Assembly: GCA_964016885.1 (NCBI GenBank)
Contig: OZ024741.1
Span: 361,150,001 to 361,214,000, forward strand
DNA from: Eledone cirrhosa
Taxonomy: Eukaryota
Direction: 5' to 3'
DNA length: 64,000 nucleotides
In this document: in pieces, positions 63,938-64,000 of the stretch
How positions within the stretch are numbered: the first letter of the stretch is position 1
Layout: every line of letters begins with the position of its first letter
Notes under the pieces: generated by a model
What the model saw: the letters and a program-made list of their open reading frames with translations, nothing else
The model's database searches: none
Told to the model about the DNA's origin: nothing
Translations under genes and position numbers: made by a program

Positions 63938-63940
<3 letters not shown>
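63745..63940. mobile_element. (TA)n-flanked fold-back element (arms 63832-63879 / 63886-63933) with hammerhead 3' halves
   Basis: ccgtc-GAAA-cggc-ttgagctct-gccg-TC-ggggtc. 63745-63795 matches the reverse complement of 12942-12992. Confidence 0.8.
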
Positions 63941-63982
<42 letters not shown>

Positions 63983-64000
63983 ATGTTATGAAAATAATAA

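Overview
AT-rich, repeat-saturated eukaryotic (animal) DNA. The repeat spectrum (RTE and CR1-type LINEs, tRNA-derived SINEs, very dense TA/TACA/CAT microsatellites) fits a mollusc, most plausibly an octopus; this is inference. The only host coding sequence I can support is the first coding exon of a classical calpain (62098-62496, +). The rest is intergenic or intronic mobile DNA: a decayed Ty3/Gypsy element with both LTRs, many RTE LINE fragments whose RT carries an inserted PHD-type finger, a frameshifted CR1/L2-group LINE, a tandem non-autonomous Helitron, piggyBac-, hAT- and Tc1-type MITEs, SINEs and minisatellites. The most striking unexplained signal is about a dozen short non-coding elements sitting in or beside (TA)n tracts. 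They carry minimal type-I hammerhead ribozyme (HHR) motifs, and many are near-perfect fold-back palindromes whose turn point lies at or next to the ribozyme. They resemble Penelope-like element (PLE) termini, but I recognised no PLE RT or GIY-YIG ORF in the window. All coordinates and structures were read by eye; no alignments or folding programs were run.
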